From contig CAVUQH010000003.1 in assembly GCA_963743525.1 (NCBI GenBank), forward strand, positions 96,001-160,000: a DNA stretch of 64,000 bases. Reading direction: 5' to 3'. A program made the position numbers and the translations under genes. Numbering within the stretch: position 1 is the stretch's first letter; each line of letters opens with the position of its first letter. Of this stretch, positions 1-12,281 are shown piece after piece. Source of the DNA: an uncultured delta proteobacterium. Its GTDB lineage: Bacteria > Myxococcota_A > Polyangia > Haliangiales > Haliangiaceae. The notes beneath the pieces are model-generated. The model was not told the DNA's origin and searched no databases. It worked only from the letters and a program-made list of their open reading frames with translations.

Positions 1-904
<904 letters not shown>

Positions 905-927
905 GTCGAGAGGGCAAAGCTTAGCGC

Positions 928-1581
928 ATGGACTGGCGCGACGCGCTCCGCGGCTTCTACGCGATTCTCGACACCAATGACGACAACCTCGCGAACCTGT
1001 TGGTTTCTCCCGCAGGTGCCGGCGCCCGGGTGCTGCAGCTGCGGATCAAACCTGACACACCGGTGTCAGCTCGGGAGCTGCTCGCCGCCGCCCGCCGGGC
1101 CCGCGCGGTGACCCGGGAGCACGGCGCGCTGCTGGTCATCGACGACCGCCTCGACCTGGCCCTGGCCGCCGACGCCGACGCCGTGCACCTGGGCCAGGAC
1201 GACCTGCCGCTGGCCGATGCCCGTGCCGCGCTGGCCCGCGCCGGGCGGTCGCTGCTGATCGGCATCTCCACCCACGACGACGACCAGGTGCGCGCCGCGG
1301 TCGCCGGCGGCGCCGACTATCTCGGCCACGGGCCGGTGTTCGCGACCGCGACCAAGGCCAATCCCGACCCGGTGCGCGGCCCGGCCGGCCTGGCCCGGGC
1401 GGTGGCTCTGGCCGGTGACGTCCCGGTGGTGGCCATCGGCGGCATCACGCCCGAGCGGGCCGCCGCGGTCGCGGCCACCGGTGCCGCCGCCGCCTGCTGT
1501 ATCGCCGCCGTCAACCGGGCGGCCGATCCGGCGGCCGCGGGACGGGCGATTGCCGCGGCGTTCAGCGGCGCCAGTGCTTGA
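928..1581 (+). CDS. thiE: Thiamine-phosphate synthase
   Basis: [35 protein letters not shown] and VAIGGI motifs. Confidence 0.93.
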   Translation: MDWRDALRGFYAILDTNDDNLANLLVSPAGAGARVLQLRIKPDTPVSARELLAAARRARAVTREHGALLVIDDRLDLALAADADAVHLGQDDLPLADARAALARAGRSLLIGISTHDDDQVRAAVAGGADYLGHGPVFATATKANPDPVRGPAGLARAVALAGDVPVVAIGGITPERAAAVAATGAAAACCIAAVNRAADPAAAGRAIAAAFSGASA

Positions 1582-1801
1582 TGGTCAGGAACAGGCCGAA
1601 CAGCCAGGCGGTGGCGGTCAGCGCGCCCAGCGCCACCCAGCTGGGATGGCCTTCGCCCACGCCGCGGCCGATCAGCGAGTAGCCCAGCGCCGGCGGCATC
1701 AGCAGCGCGCCGATGCCCAGGGTCATGAGCGGCAGGCTCATGGTCGCGCTGGCAAGCGCGCTCGCCCGCTTGGGCTCGTCGTCGCCGGCCGGCTCGGTCA
1801 C
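1562..1801 (-). CDS. Small membrane protein with two hydrophobic segments
   Basis: 79 aa; ATG overlaps the cpoB stop. Confidence 0.6.
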   Translation of the reverse strand: MTEPAGDDEPKRASALASATMSLPLMTLGIGALLMPPALGYSLIGRGVGEGHPSWVALGALTATAWLFGLFLTIKHWRR

Positions 1802-2637
1802 TTCTTGCAGACCTTCTTGTCCTTGAGGTGCTTGGCCAGGTACCGGTCGCGCGAGTGGGCCTTCTTGGCCAGGCTCGACTTCGGATACTTGGAGCGCAGC
1901 GCGCCGTAGTAGGCGCGCGCCTCGGTGCAGCTCTTGAGCGCCTCGGCCGCCTGCCCGGCGCGATAGAAGGCGTCGTCGGCCATGTCACCGGTCGGGTATT
2001 TGTCGAAGATCTTCTGGAACTCGGCGATGGCGGCGTCGTAGTTCTTTTCGCGCATGTAGGTCTCGCCGCGCAGGTACTGGGCGTCGTCGGCCAGCGTGTG
2101 CATCGAGTGGCGCAGCACCAGGTTCTTGAAATACTGCCGCGCGGTCTCGTAGTCCTTCTTGTCCATCGCCTCTTTGCCGGCGCGGTACAGCTCCTCCGGC
2201 GTCTGCGGGCCGGCGGTCTTGTTCTCGAGGATCATCAACCGCTGGTCCATGTCGGACAGCTTGTTGTCGATGTACTTCTGCCGCTCCTCGAGCTTGGCGG
2301 TCAGCTGGGCGTTCTTCTCCTTGAGGTCGTCGGTGTAGCTCTTGACCTCGTTGAGCAGCCCGCGCATGTGGCGCAGGTCGTTCTCCAGCCCTTTGACGTC
2401 GTCGCCGATGTTGGCGGTGTTGCGCGCGAGCAGCTCGGTCGCCGAGTCGAGGACCTTCTGCAGCTCTTTCATCTTGGCGTCGATCTGCCCCTGCTGGGTG
2501 CCGACGGTGGACTCCAGGTGGGTGACGTCCTTCTGGAGCGCCTTGCCCTCGGCCTTGGTGGTGACCCAGAAGCAGCCGGTGGCGGCGGTGGCCAGCAGCA
2601 GGGCGAGCGGAACGACCGCGCGGCTCGCCCGGATCAT
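1798..2637 (-). CDS. cpoB: Tol-Pal system protein YbgF/CpoB-like lipoprotein (coiled coil + TPR)
   Basis: Lipobox ATGC, coiled coil, TPRs ([25 protein letters not shown]); directly downstream of pal-like gene with ATGA overlap. Confidence 0.8.
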   Translation of the reverse strand: MIRASRAVVPLALLLATAATGCFWVTTKAEGKALQKDVTHLESTVGTQQGQIDAKMKELQKVLDSATELLARNTANIGDDVKGLENDLRHMRGLLNEVKSYTDDLKEKNAQLTAKLEERQKYIDNKLSDMDQRLMILENKTAGPQTPEELYRAGKEAMDKKDYETARQYFKNLVLRHSMHTLADDAQYLRGETYMREKNYDAAIAEFQKIFDKYPTGDMADDAFYRAGQAAEALKSCTEARAYYGALRSKYPKSSLAKKAHSRDRYLAKHLKDKKVCKK

Positions 2638-3305
2638 TTCCACTCCAGATCGACGCGGCGGTCCTGCTGCCAGGATTCCTCGTCCACACCCGAGGCCTCG
2701 GTCTCGCCCTTCGGCACCACCTGCATGCGCGCCGGGTCGATGCCCAGGTTGGCCAGGAAGTCGGCGACGGCGCGGGCGCGGCGCTCGGACAGCGCGATGT
2801 TGTACTCCTCGGTGCCGCGCGGATCGGTGTGGCCGGTCAGGTAGACGCCCTTGGTGTCGGGCGCCGACTTGATGCACTCGGCATCTTTCTCCAGCGCCTG
2901 CCGGTAGTCGGGCGGGATGCCGTCCTGATCGAAGTCGAAGTAGACGGCGGCCAGCTGGCAGTCGACGCCCTCGGGCGGCTTGGACTCCCACGGCTTGCGG
3001 CACTTGCCGTCGACGCAGTCTTCGTCGTCGGCGCAGTCTTCGTCGACCTTGCACGACTTGAGGCCGTCGTCCTTGGGCTTGTCCGCCTGCTTCTTCAGCT
3101 TGCAGCCGCCTTCGACACACTCCTGGCCGTCGGGGCAGTCGCTGTCCTGGCCGCACTGCAAGCACTGCTTGTTGACACAGTGCTCGCCATCCTTGCAGTC
3201 CTTGTCGCCGCCACAGGCCGGGTACTTGGGCTTGCTGCTGCAACCGGCCGCGACCAGCGCCGCAGCCAGGACCAGAGTTACTCCGAGTACGCGTGAATAA
3301 CGCAT
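2634..3305 (-). CDS. pal: Pal/OmpA-family peptidoglycan-associated lipoprotein with Cys-rich repeats
   Basis: Lipobox AAGC; VYFDFD, LTGHTDPRGTEEYNIALSERRA, DRRV OmpA-C motifs; start ATG 3305 inferred. Confidence 0.8.
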   Translation of the reverse strand: MRYSRVLGVTLVLAAALVAAGCSSKPKYPACGGDKDCKDGEHCVNKQCLQCGQDSDCPDGQECVEGGCKLKKQADKPKDDGLKSCKVDEDCADDEDCVDGKCRKPWESKPPEGVDCQLAAVYFDFDQDGIPPDYRQALEKDAECIKSAPDTKGVYLTGHTDPRGTEEYNIALSERRARAVADFLANLGIDPARMQVVPKGETEASGVDEESWQQDRRVDLEWK

Positions 3306-3429
3306 GCGAGGCAAAACGTATTCCGCGGCCCGGAGCGAGTCAACTCGGCAGCGCAGGTGACCGAGAATGCGCTTCTGGGCGCGATCGGCGGGATGCGATG
3401 GCCGGTGTGCGATGTTATTTTGGTCAGGC

Positions 3430-4779
<1,350 letters not shown>

Positions 4780-4791
<12 letters not shown>

Positions 4792-4857
4792 GCCTCGCGA
4801 GTAGGCCTCGCGAGTAGGCCTCGCGAGTAAGCCTCGCGAGTAGGCCTCGCGAGTAGG
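4780..4857. repeat. 13-bp tandem repeat CCTCGCGAGTAGG x6
   Basis: Units start at 4780, 4793, 4806, 4819 (one mismatch), 4832 and 4845; first unit contains the regulator stop codon. Confidence 0.97.
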
Positions 4858-4869
4858 CCCGGCGAGCCG

Positions 4870-6612
4870 CTAGAACAGGCAGGCGGCGTCGCCGCCGTTG
4901 GCGCTGCAGATGCCGCCGTTGGGGCACTGCGGCGTCGGGCCGGACGGGTCGCAGGCCTCGTAGCAGTAGGGATCGCCGCCGGCGCTGGCGGTGCAGACCA
5001 GTCCGTCGGCGCACGGGTCGGTGCCGCTGCCGCAGCGGGCCCCCAGGCGGCCGTCGGTCGGGTCGAGCTCGGGGTAGAGCCAGCGGGCGCGAACCGAGGT
5101 GCCGGCGGTGTCGGGCGCGGTGGCGCTGGCGTCGGTCCAGGTGACGGCGAAGCGATCGCTGCCGACCGCGGCGATCGACGGACCGGTCTGGTCGGCGCCG
5201 GTGGTGGTGTTGACCACGCGGGCGGCGCCGATGGGCAGTCCGTTGGGGCGCAGCAGCTGGAACCAGATGCCGCAACCGGCGCCATCGCCGTCGGCGCCGC
5301 AGCCCTGCCACACGGCACCGACCAGGCCGTTGGGCAGCGCGGCGACATCGGGTGGGGTAAACGCGTCGGGTGTGGTCGGCGACAGATAGCGCCACGGACC
5401 GTCGGGGGTCGCGGACGGGGCCGAGAAGTGGCGGTAGACGTAGCGGCCGCCGGCCAGCTCCGGGGTTCCCGAGTCGACCACGCCCCAGACCACCGCGGCG
5501 CCGCCGTCGGCCCACGCGACGTGGGGACCGAACACCTGGGCGCCGACCGCGTAGCTGCCCAGCGACTTCTCGGTCGAGGTCTCGGGGGCTGCCGTCGCCG
5601 CGTAGAAGCGCGCCCGCAGGTCGCGATCGGTGCGCCAGACGACGACGAAGGCGTGGTTGTCGTTGCGCGAGGCGACCGACGGCAAGTAGCCCGGGTCCGA
5701 ACCCGCGGAGCTGATCGAGAAGTCGGAGGTCGAGCCGGTCACCGGGTTGATGCGCGGCGTGCCGTCGCCGGCGATGAGGCGCCCCTGGATCTTGTCGCCG
5801 AAATTCTGCTGCCACACGATCACGTAGTCGCCGCCGGCCAGGGCCGCGACCTCCGGGTCGGCGGGGAACTCGCCGGGCGTGGTCAACACGATGGTCTCGC
5901 CCGCGCCCAGGTGCGCGCCGCCGGGTGTCAGCGCCACGCCGCGGACGTCGTCGTTGGTCTCCCAGGCGACGAACATGCCGTTGGGACCGACCGCCACCGC
6001 CGGCACCGACGCGACATCGGCCGACAGGTTGGCGATGAACTCCTCGTCGTCCATGGTGATGCCGTTGATCACCGCCGCGCCGCTGTCGTCGAACATGCGG
6101 GCGAACAGGTCGCAGCGGCCGAGGGTGGCGCAGTCGTTGACGAACGCCGCCAGCACGGTGTCGCTGGTGCCGCCGGAGGCCAGCTGGCGCCCGGTGCGCT
6201 CGCCGAGGAAGGTCAGCCGCTGGTCGCCGGCGATGCTGGTGTTGACCACGAAGTCGGCCGGGTCCAGCGTCAGCGTGGCGTCGACCCGCGCGCCATCCTC
6301 GATGGTCACCGAGGTCGTGCCCAGCCCGACCAAGAGGTCGTCACCGTCGAGGGCGCGCACGTCAACCGACAGCGCGCCGCTGCGCCCGGTCGGGGTGATG
6401 GAGAAGGTCGCAGGCAACCCGCTGCTGCCCAGCGGAAAGATCTTCTGAATCGAGTCGGTGGCGTTGGTCGCCGTCATCTGCAGCGACGTCGCTCCGGTGA
6501 TCCCCGGGCGCGGCTGGACCGTGACGACCACGACGGTGGGCTGGTCGCCGCCGCCGCAGGCGGTTGCCGCCGCCAGCAGAGCCACCAACGCCGCCCCCCG
6601 CGCCGCCGTCAT
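4870..6612 (-). CDS. Surface lipoprotein with repeated beta-rich modules and Cys-rich C-terminus
   Basis: Lipobox ATAC after ATG 6612; recurring FVVNT..GDQ / P.VA motifs; terminal Cys cluster. Confidence 0.75.
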   Translation of the reverse strand: MTAARGAALVALLAAATACGGGDQPTVVVVTVQPRPGITGATSLQMTATNATDSIQKIFPLGSSGLPATFSITPTGRSGALSVDVRALDGDDLLVGLGTTSVTIEDGARVDATLTLDPADFVVNTSIAGDQRLTFLGERTGRQLASGGTSDTVLAAFVNDCATLGRCDLFARMFDDSGAAVINGITMDDEEFIANLSADVASVPAVAVGPNGMFVAWETNDDVRGVALTPGGAHLGAGETIVLTTPGEFPADPEVAALAGGDYVIVWQQNFGDKIQGRLIAGDGTPRINPVTGSTSDFSISSAGSDPGYLPSVASRNDNHAFVVVWRTDRDLRARFYAATAAPETSTEKSLGSYAVGAQVFGPHVAWADGGAAVVWGVVDSGTPELAGGRYVYRHFSAPSATPDGPWRYLSPTTPDAFTPPDVAALPNGLVGAVWQGCGADGDGAGCGIWFQLLRPNGLPIGAARVVNTTTGADQTGPSIAAVGSDRFAVTWTDASATAPDTAGTSVRARWLYPELDPTDGRLGARCGSGTDPCADGLVCTASAGGDPYCYEACDPSGPTPQCPNGGICSANGGDAACLF

Positions 6613-7208
6613 TGGCCGAAGTCCACGTTGCCGAGGTCGGTGGTCGGCAGGCCGCCGCCGCCGCCGCCGCCGCTGAGCGCCACCGTGGTCGCGCCCGCCG
6701 CTACCGCGACCACCGCGAGCCCGGTCCAGAACCACCACTTCTTGTAGATCGGCCGGCTCGGCGGGTGCCCCGGCCGCTCGACCGGCGTGCCCACCAGCGC
6801 GGCGTTGCGGGCGTCGTCCTCGGCCTTCTTCTTCTTCTTCTTCAGGTCGGCGATCAGCGCCTCGATTTGCGGCCGCCGCTCGGCGTCGGGCACCAGCTGC
6901 AGGTAGCGGCGGAAGGAGAAGATCGCCTCGTCGTAGTTGCCGAGGTTGCGGTGGCACTGGCCGATGTTGAACAGGAACTCGGGAATCGGCTTGGCCTCGA
7001 AGGCGGCCTCGTACTTGTCCAGCGCCTGCTGGAAGCGGCGCAGATCGAACAGCTTGCGCCCCTCGTAGAACAGCTTGCGCGCCCGCGTCAGGTCGGGATC
7101 GGCGGTGTGGTCGCCGGCCGGCTGCTCGGCGCGCGCGGTCCCCGGCACGCTCGCGAACGCCAGCATCGCGGCGACGAGCAGGTAGGGGAGCGAGCGGGGA
7201 TGACTCAT
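6609..7208 (-). CDS. Exported TPR protein with C-terminal hydrophobic anchor
   Basis: Signal peptide, TPR (FLFNIGQCHRNLGNYDEAIFSFRRYL), PIYKKWWFWTG + TM typical of myxobacterial TPR/PEGA-type proteins. Confidence 0.85.
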   Translation of the reverse strand: MSHPRSLPYLLVAAMLAFASVPGTARAEQPAGDHTADPDLTRARKLFYEGRKLFDLRRFQQALDKYEAAFEAKPIPEFLFNIGQCHRNLGNYDEAIFSFRRYLQLVPDAERRPQIEALIADLKKKKKKAEDDARNAALVGTPVERPGHPPSRPIYKKWWFWTGLAVVAVAAGATTVALSGGGGGGGLPTTDLGNVDFGQ

Positions 7209-9220
7209 CGAGATCGGAACGGGTCGAGGGTATCGGCCGGATCGATCGCTCCGTGGTCCTGGTGCTTCCGTTTCGAGTCGGTGGGGGTCGAGCGATCCGG
7301 GGCCGGTTGCTGTGGTTGTACCACCGGTGGCACGGAGGTGTCCGCGGTCGGTGTCTCGGGTGTGTTGTGACGATTGCCGCGGTGGCTGCTGCCCCGGCGC
7401 GGTTTGCGCAGCTCGACCGCGACGGTGGTCTTGGGCCGGGACAGGTCGATGCGCACCCGCTCGGCCTGGTAGCCGGCCTGGCGCAGGATGTAGTCGCGGT
7501 GGCGCGACGGTCCCGGCGCCCCCGGATCGATGGTCAGGTCGCACGGCGTCATGCACAGCCGGTTGCCGCCGCTGGCGGCGAACACGTCGGCGCTGGGCAC
7601 CGACAGGAAACGAACGGTGAACGGCTCGCTGGCCGCGCCGGCGCTGTCCGCCGACTCGCCGATTGGATCGACCGTGGTCACGACCGGGCGGGCCGGTGTC
7701 AGCGGCGCAGCGGCGGCCTGCGTGTCGGTCTCCTCGCCGCGGGACTGGTCGCGCAGGAGCAGGGTGGCCGCCGCGGCGATCGCCACCAGCGTCACCAGGC
7801 CCAGCGCGATCCACCGGCCGCGCCGCGAGCGAACCCCGGACTTGGTGACCGGCAGATCGCCCATGGCCATGGCGGTCTCGCGCGCGCCGACCCGGGTCGG
7901 CGGCACGGTTCGCCCGACCGCCGTGGCCGGGCCGCCGTGACTGATGTGGCTCGTCCGCGAGACGGAGCTGAACGAGATGGCCGAGATGTGGGGGATGCTG
8001 GTCTCGACTGCGCCGAGCAACATCATCAGCTCGTCCTTGAGCGCCTCGATGTCGGGATAGCGGTGGGCGGGCTCCTTGGCCAGGCAGCGCATGATCACCG
8101 CCTCGAGCCGGTCGTCGATGTGCCGGCCGCCGGGAGTCTGGCTGGGCGTCACCGGCTGCTCGGACAGGTGCTTGCGGACGAACTCGCCGAACGACTTGCC
8201 GCGGAAGATCGGCTGCCCGGTGAACATCTCGTACATGATCGCGCCCAGCGAGTAGATGTCCGAGCGGGCATCGACCGGCAGACCGCCGGCCTGCTCGGGC
8301 GACATGTACGTCGGCGTGCCGACCACAGCGCCGGCCGCGGTCTCGACCGGCAGCTCCTCGTCGTCTTCGCGCCACAGCAGCTTGGCCACGCCGAAGTCGA
8401 GCAGCTTGATCAGATCGGCGCCGTCGCCGGTGGGCACGACGAAGATGTTGTCGGGCTTGAGATCGCGGTGGACGATGCCCATGCTGTGCGCGGCTGCCAG
8501 GCCGTCGCAGATCTGGATCAACAGCGCCAGCGCGCGGGGCCCCTCGACCTCGCCGCCGCGGAGCAGCTTGCCCAGGCTGACGCCGTCGAGCAGCTCCATC
8601 ACCAGGAAGGTGGTGCCGTCCGGCAGCTCGACGAAGTCGGTGACGTCGACGATGTTGCGGTGGCGGATGCGGTTGACCGACCGCGCTTCCTGGAAGAAGC
8701 GGCCGACCGCGTCGCGCCGCTGGGCGTGGTCGTCGCGCAAGAGCTTGAGCGCCACCCGCCGGCCCAGCTTGACGTGCTCGGCGCGGTAGACGCAGCCCAT
8801 CCCGCCGCGGCCGAGGAGATCGAGGATCTTGTAGTTGCCGAGCAGCTCGCCGACCCGCTCCTCCGGTCGGCGCGTGCGCGCGCGCCGCCGCCTGGGTGCG
8901 CCGTCCGACGAGCCCAGCGCATGGGCACCCGTCAACCGATGGGTGCGCCGGCCGCGGGCGCTGGGACGCTCGGCACGGGTCAGGTCGCGGTGCGAGATCT
9001 CGTCGTCGAGACCCTCGCTCGGCAGCCCGGCGGGCGGCGGCGGCGCCAGCGGGCCGGTGTGCGACAGCATCATCTCGTCAACCGGATCGATCGCCAGCGA
9101 CGCGGTTGGATCGACGGCTACCTGCGGCGCAGCGCCAGCAGACGCCAGCGGCTCGCCGTCATTGGGACAGACGACGATCCCGGGCGGAAAGCTGACTCGG
9201 CATCGCGGACAGGTAGGCAT
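7205..9220 (-). CDS. Membrane Ser/Thr protein kinase (Hanks type)
   Basis: LGRGGMGCVY, VALK, HRDLKPDN, DFG, GTPTYMSPEQ; N-terminal CxxC..C, TM, PEGA-like periplasmic part. Confidence 0.96.
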   Translation of the reverse strand: MPTCPRCRVSFPPGIVVCPNDGEPLASAGAAPQVAVDPTASLAIDPVDEMMLSHTGPLAPPPPAGLPSEGLDDEISHRDLTRAERPSARGRRTHRLTGAHALGSSDGAPRRRRARTRRPEERVGELLGNYKILDLLGRGGMGCVYRAEHVKLGRRVALKLLRDDHAQRRDAVGRFFQEARSVNRIRHRNIVDVTDFVELPDGTTFLVMELLDGVSLGKLLRGGEVEGPRALALLIQICDGLAAAHSMGIVHRDLKPDNIFVVPTGDGADLIKLLDFGVAKLLWREDDEELPVETAAGAVVGTPTYMSPEQAGGLPVDARSDIYSLGAIMYEMFTGQPIFRGKSFGEFVRKHLSEQPVTPSQTPGGRHIDDRLEAVIMRCLAKEPAHRYPDIEALKDELMMLLGAVETSIPHISAISFSSVSRTSHISHGGPATAVGRTVPPTRVGARETAMAMGDLPVTKSGVRSRRGRWIALGLVTLVAIAAAATLLLRDQSRGEETDTQAAAAPLTPARPVVTTVDPIGESADSAGAASEPFTVRFLSVPSADVFAASGGNRLCMTPCDLTIDPGAPGPSRHRDYILRQAGYQAERVRIDLSRPKTTVAVELRKPRRGSSHRGNRHNTPETPTADTSVPPVVQPQQPAPDRSTPTDSKRKHQDHGAIDPADTLDPFRSR

Positions 9221-9272
9221 AGGTCGACATCGGCCGGCGAAATCCGATTGTACGACGGCCTCCGCCGCGGGG

Positions 9273-9875
9273 CTACATCGGCGAAAGCTCCCGAATTGCC
9301 TCGGTCAGGGCCCACCTGACCTGCGGCTCGGATTCGGCCGGCTGGCCCGGCTGGTCGGCCAGTCGGGCGCGGAGGAGCGGAATCGCCGTCGGCGCCCCGG
9401 CCGGGCCGACCATGCCCATGGCGTGGGCGGCGTCGGCGCGGACGTCGCGGGAGGGGTGGAACAGGAGCTCGCCCAGGGTCGGCACCGCCCCGGCTCCGTC
9501 CACCTGGGCCAGCGAGTAGGCGGAGGCGCGGATGAACAGGGTGGCCGCGCCGCCGCTGGCCGAGACGAAGCGGGTGATCACCTGCTCCAGGGCGGTGACC
9601 GTGGTGGCGTCCGGGTAGTTGCCCAGGGCGCGGATGGCCCGAACCCGCAGCCCGGCGTCGATCAGGTCGGCGGTGGCGATGGCGACCAGCTGGGTCTCCG
9701 GGTCGCTCATCGTGTCGTCGATGTCGCTCTTGGTCGGGACGAAGTCGACGCCGCTGAGCAGATCGATGGTCGCCTGGTCGGGGTCGGGGTTGCCGGCGCC
9801 ATCGGCGTGGTCGGCGCCGGCCAGGCCCACGGTGACCGCGCCGACGAGGAGCACGCTGGCCAGGCGGCGCATCAT
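9273..9875 (-). CDS. Exported HEAT-repeat protein
   Basis: Signal peptide MMRRLASVLLVGA; HEAT-like repeats (LRVRAIRALG, DVRADAAHAMG); ATGA overlap with upstream gene. Confidence 0.75.
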   Translation of the reverse strand: MMRRLASVLLVGAVTVGLAGADHADGAGNPDPDQATIDLLSGVDFVPTKSDIDDTMSDPETQLVAIATADLIDAGLRVRAIRALGNYPDATTVTALEQVITRFVSASGGAATLFIRASAYSLAQVDGAGAVPTLGELLFHPSRDVRADAAHAMGMVGPAGAPTAIPLLRARLADQPGQPAESEPQVRWALTEAIRELSPM

Positions 9876-11407
9876 CGCAACCCCGGGTAGAGCTGGAGGA
9901 CGGCCGCCTGCCCCGGGCTCAGCTTGGTGCCACCGAGGTCGGTGTAGAACATCAGGTTGGTCGACGAGTCGTCGCTGTCGGGGATCGGGTCGAGGAAGCC
10001 GTCCGGCTCGCGGTTGCGGAACAGGCCCATGTAGCGCGCCAGCTCGTGGGCGGTGATGCGCGCCATGTCGGTCCACGACCGGTAGCAGAGGGTGTCCATC
10101 GACACCGCGATCCCCGACGCGCGGGTGGCCGGCAGCGCCGGAGGTCCCGGGTTGCCGCCGGCCAGCGCCTGCACGCCGACCGGGCTGATCGACCGGGTAA
10201 AGAAGATGTGGATGCCGGACGGGTCGTCGGCCAGCTTGAGCAGCCGGGGCAGATCCTGGGCGCGGAGGCCGTCGAGATCGGCCCGCTGGATGTCGTCGTA
10301 GGTGACGTTGCCCAGCTTGATGGCGGCAGCGCCGAGGATGCTCTCGAGCTGATCGAGGTAGCCGCGCACGTCGGTGCTGCCCGGTGCCGACGCCGCGCTC
10401 AGCCCGGAGACGCCCGGGCAGGGATGGTCGGACAGATCGGCGAAGTGCAGGTGGAGGTCGAGGGTGGTCGCCGGCGACAGCTTGTAGAAGACGCTGACCG
10501 ACGGGATGGCGGTGCCCTGGCCGCCGGCCTCGAAGAACGACCCGACCTCGATGTCGTAGGCGCCGGTCTCGATGCCGATGGCCGGAGTGTTGGGCACGAC
10601 CAGCGTGGCGATCTCCGGCTCCGGCTGGTGGCGCAGCGGGTTGGCGTAATACTCCTCTTGCGAGAACGGCGTGGCGTAGAGCAGCAGTCCCGACGGCGAG
10701 GTCACCCGCGACGCGCCGACCAGCTGGGCGTCGTTGTCGATCTGCGCGACCAGGGCGAACGACAGCGCATTGGACGGCACCGGAACCCGCAGCTGCGAGT
10801 GCGGCGAGGCCACCGGGAAGTCGAGCCGCAGCGTGCCACTGGCCTGCAGGCAGCCGGCGAACAGCGGCGGCTTGCCGGCGGCCGGAAGCCGCGGGATGTC
10901 GGCACAGGTGGTGCCGGTCGGGCAGTCGTCGATGCTCTTGCACAGCTCCACGCAGCGATCGAGCGCACAGATTCCGGTGCGACAATCAGCGTCGGCGGCG
11001 CAGTCGCCGCCGGTGGCGGTCCCCGACTGATCGATCTGACAGGTGCCGGCCAGGCGCCCGTCGCCGTCGAGGTCGGTGCTATCCAGACGGCACGATTGGG
11101 CCGGGCCGCAGTCGATCTCGCGGGAGCAGGGGTCGCCGACCGCCGACGTCACCTCGGCGCAGGTGCCGTCATCCTGGCAGACATAGCCGTCGCCGCAGTC
11201 CAGGTGCGCGGTGCAGCGAGGCGTGCAGGTGGCGGCCAAACACTGCAGATCAGGGGCGCAGTCGCTGTGGCTCTGGCAGCTGTGACCGATGCCCGCGCCG
11301 GGCGAGTCGCAGCCGGCCAGGCTCAGGGCGCACATGAGCACAGCCGCGATCCGACCTGCGGACGGCGGCGAGCATCGGACCCCTCGTGGCAGCTTTCCGT
11401 GTGACAA
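9872..11407 (-). CDS. Cys-rich lipoprotein with degenerate metzincin-like domain
   Basis: Lipobox LAGC, Cys-rich repeats, HELARYMGLFR plus NLMF Met-turn; start position uncertain. Confidence 0.75.
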   Translation of the reverse strand: MSHGKLPRGVRCSPPSAGRIAAVLMCALSLAGCDSPGAGIGHSCQSHSDCAPDLQCLAATCTPRCTAHLDCGDGYVCQDDGTCAEVTSAVGDPCSREIDCGPAQSCRLDSTDLDGDGRLAGTCQIDQSGTATGGDCAADADCRTGICALDRCVELCKSIDDCPTGTTCADIPRLPAAGKPPLFAGCLQASGTLRLDFPVASPHSQLRVPVPSNALSFALVAQIDNDAQLVGASRVTSPSGLLLYATPFSQEEYYANPLRHQPEPEIATLVVPNTPAIGIETGAYDIEVGSFFEAGGQGTAIPSVSVFYKLSPATTLDLHLHFADLSDHPCPGVSGLSAASAPGSTDVRGYLDQLESILGAAAIKLGNVTYDDIQRADLDGLRAQDLPRLLKLADDPSGIHIFFTRSISPVGVQALAGGNPGPPALPATRASGIAVSMDTLCYRSWTDMARITAHELARYMGLFRNREPDGFLDPIPDSDDSSTNLMFYTDLGGTKLSPGQAAVLQLYPGLR

Positions 11408-11504
11408 CGGCTACGAACTCGCGCTCACACCCTCGAAGGATGATCAGTATATACGTATACTCCGGGCGGGTCGAAGGACCGCATCACACGGGAGGAGCTG
11501 GGAG

Positions 11505-12272
11505 ATGCGTGTGTACAGCCGAACGATTTCGCGGGTCTTTGTTTTCACGACGCTCGCTTGCGTACTGGCGCTTCCCGCCGTTGCGTCGGCGCAGGTAGCT
11601 CTCGACGACGACGACGACGCCACAGCCGACGACGCCCCGGCAACGCCGGAGGCGACGAATACCAGCCCCGCCACCGACGACGCCAACAAGGTGACCTACG
11701 GCGTCGGCCTGCGGCTTCGCTACACCTTCATCCCCAACGGGATCATCGAGGCGTTCGTCAAGCACTCGGCCGGCGGCAACGCCAACATGGGCTTCGGCCT
11801 CGAGGGCATCCGCAAGCGCGGCGACCTGGAGATGACCTTCGGCTTCGAGTACGAGAGCCTGAAGGGCAACGAGGATGTCTGGATCGACAACAAGAACGCC
11901 GCCGACCTGGTCCAGTACGACGGCTTCGGCTGGATCACCTTCGACTTCAGCTTCATCTGGCACACCAAGCTGACCGACCTGCTGTCGCTCCGCTACGGCG
12001 GTGGCGCCGGCCTCGGCATCGTCATGGGCAACGTCCTGCAGACCGACTACATCTGCAACCCGCCCGACAACGCCGGCAACTGCTCCGAGGACCCGCTGGC
12101 CAGGAGCACCGGCGACTTCCGCGCCGTGCAGAAGGACATCCCCCCGGTCTTCCCGGTGGTCAACATCCTCGCCGGCCTGCAGATCCACCCGACCGACAAG
12201 ATCGAGATCAACCTCGAGGCCGGCATCCGCACCATCTTCTACGTCGGCACCACGGTCGGCTACCTGTTCTAG
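11505..12272 (+). CDS. Putative outer-membrane beta-barrel protein
   Basis: GGAG RBS, signal peptide ending ASA, alternating beta-strand pattern, C-terminal GYLF signature. Confidence 0.7.
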   Translation: MRVYSRTISRVFVFTTLACVLALPAVASAQVALDDDDDATADDAPATPEATNTSPATDDANKVTYGVGLRLRYTFIPNGIIEAFVKHSAGGNANMGFGLEGIRKRGDLEMTFGFEYESLKGNEDVWIDNKNAADLVQYDGFGWITFDFSFIWHTKLTDLLSLRYGGGAGLGIVMGNVLQTDYICNPPDNAGNCSEDPLARSTGDFRAVQKDIPPVFPVVNILAGLQIHPTDKIEINLEAGIRTIFYVGTTVGYLF

Positions 12273-12281
12273 GCGCGCCGG

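Noticed and set aside
905..927. TPP riboswitch before thiE
   Set aside because: Only 23 bp separate the divergent uvrB and thiE starts; no TPP aptamer motif
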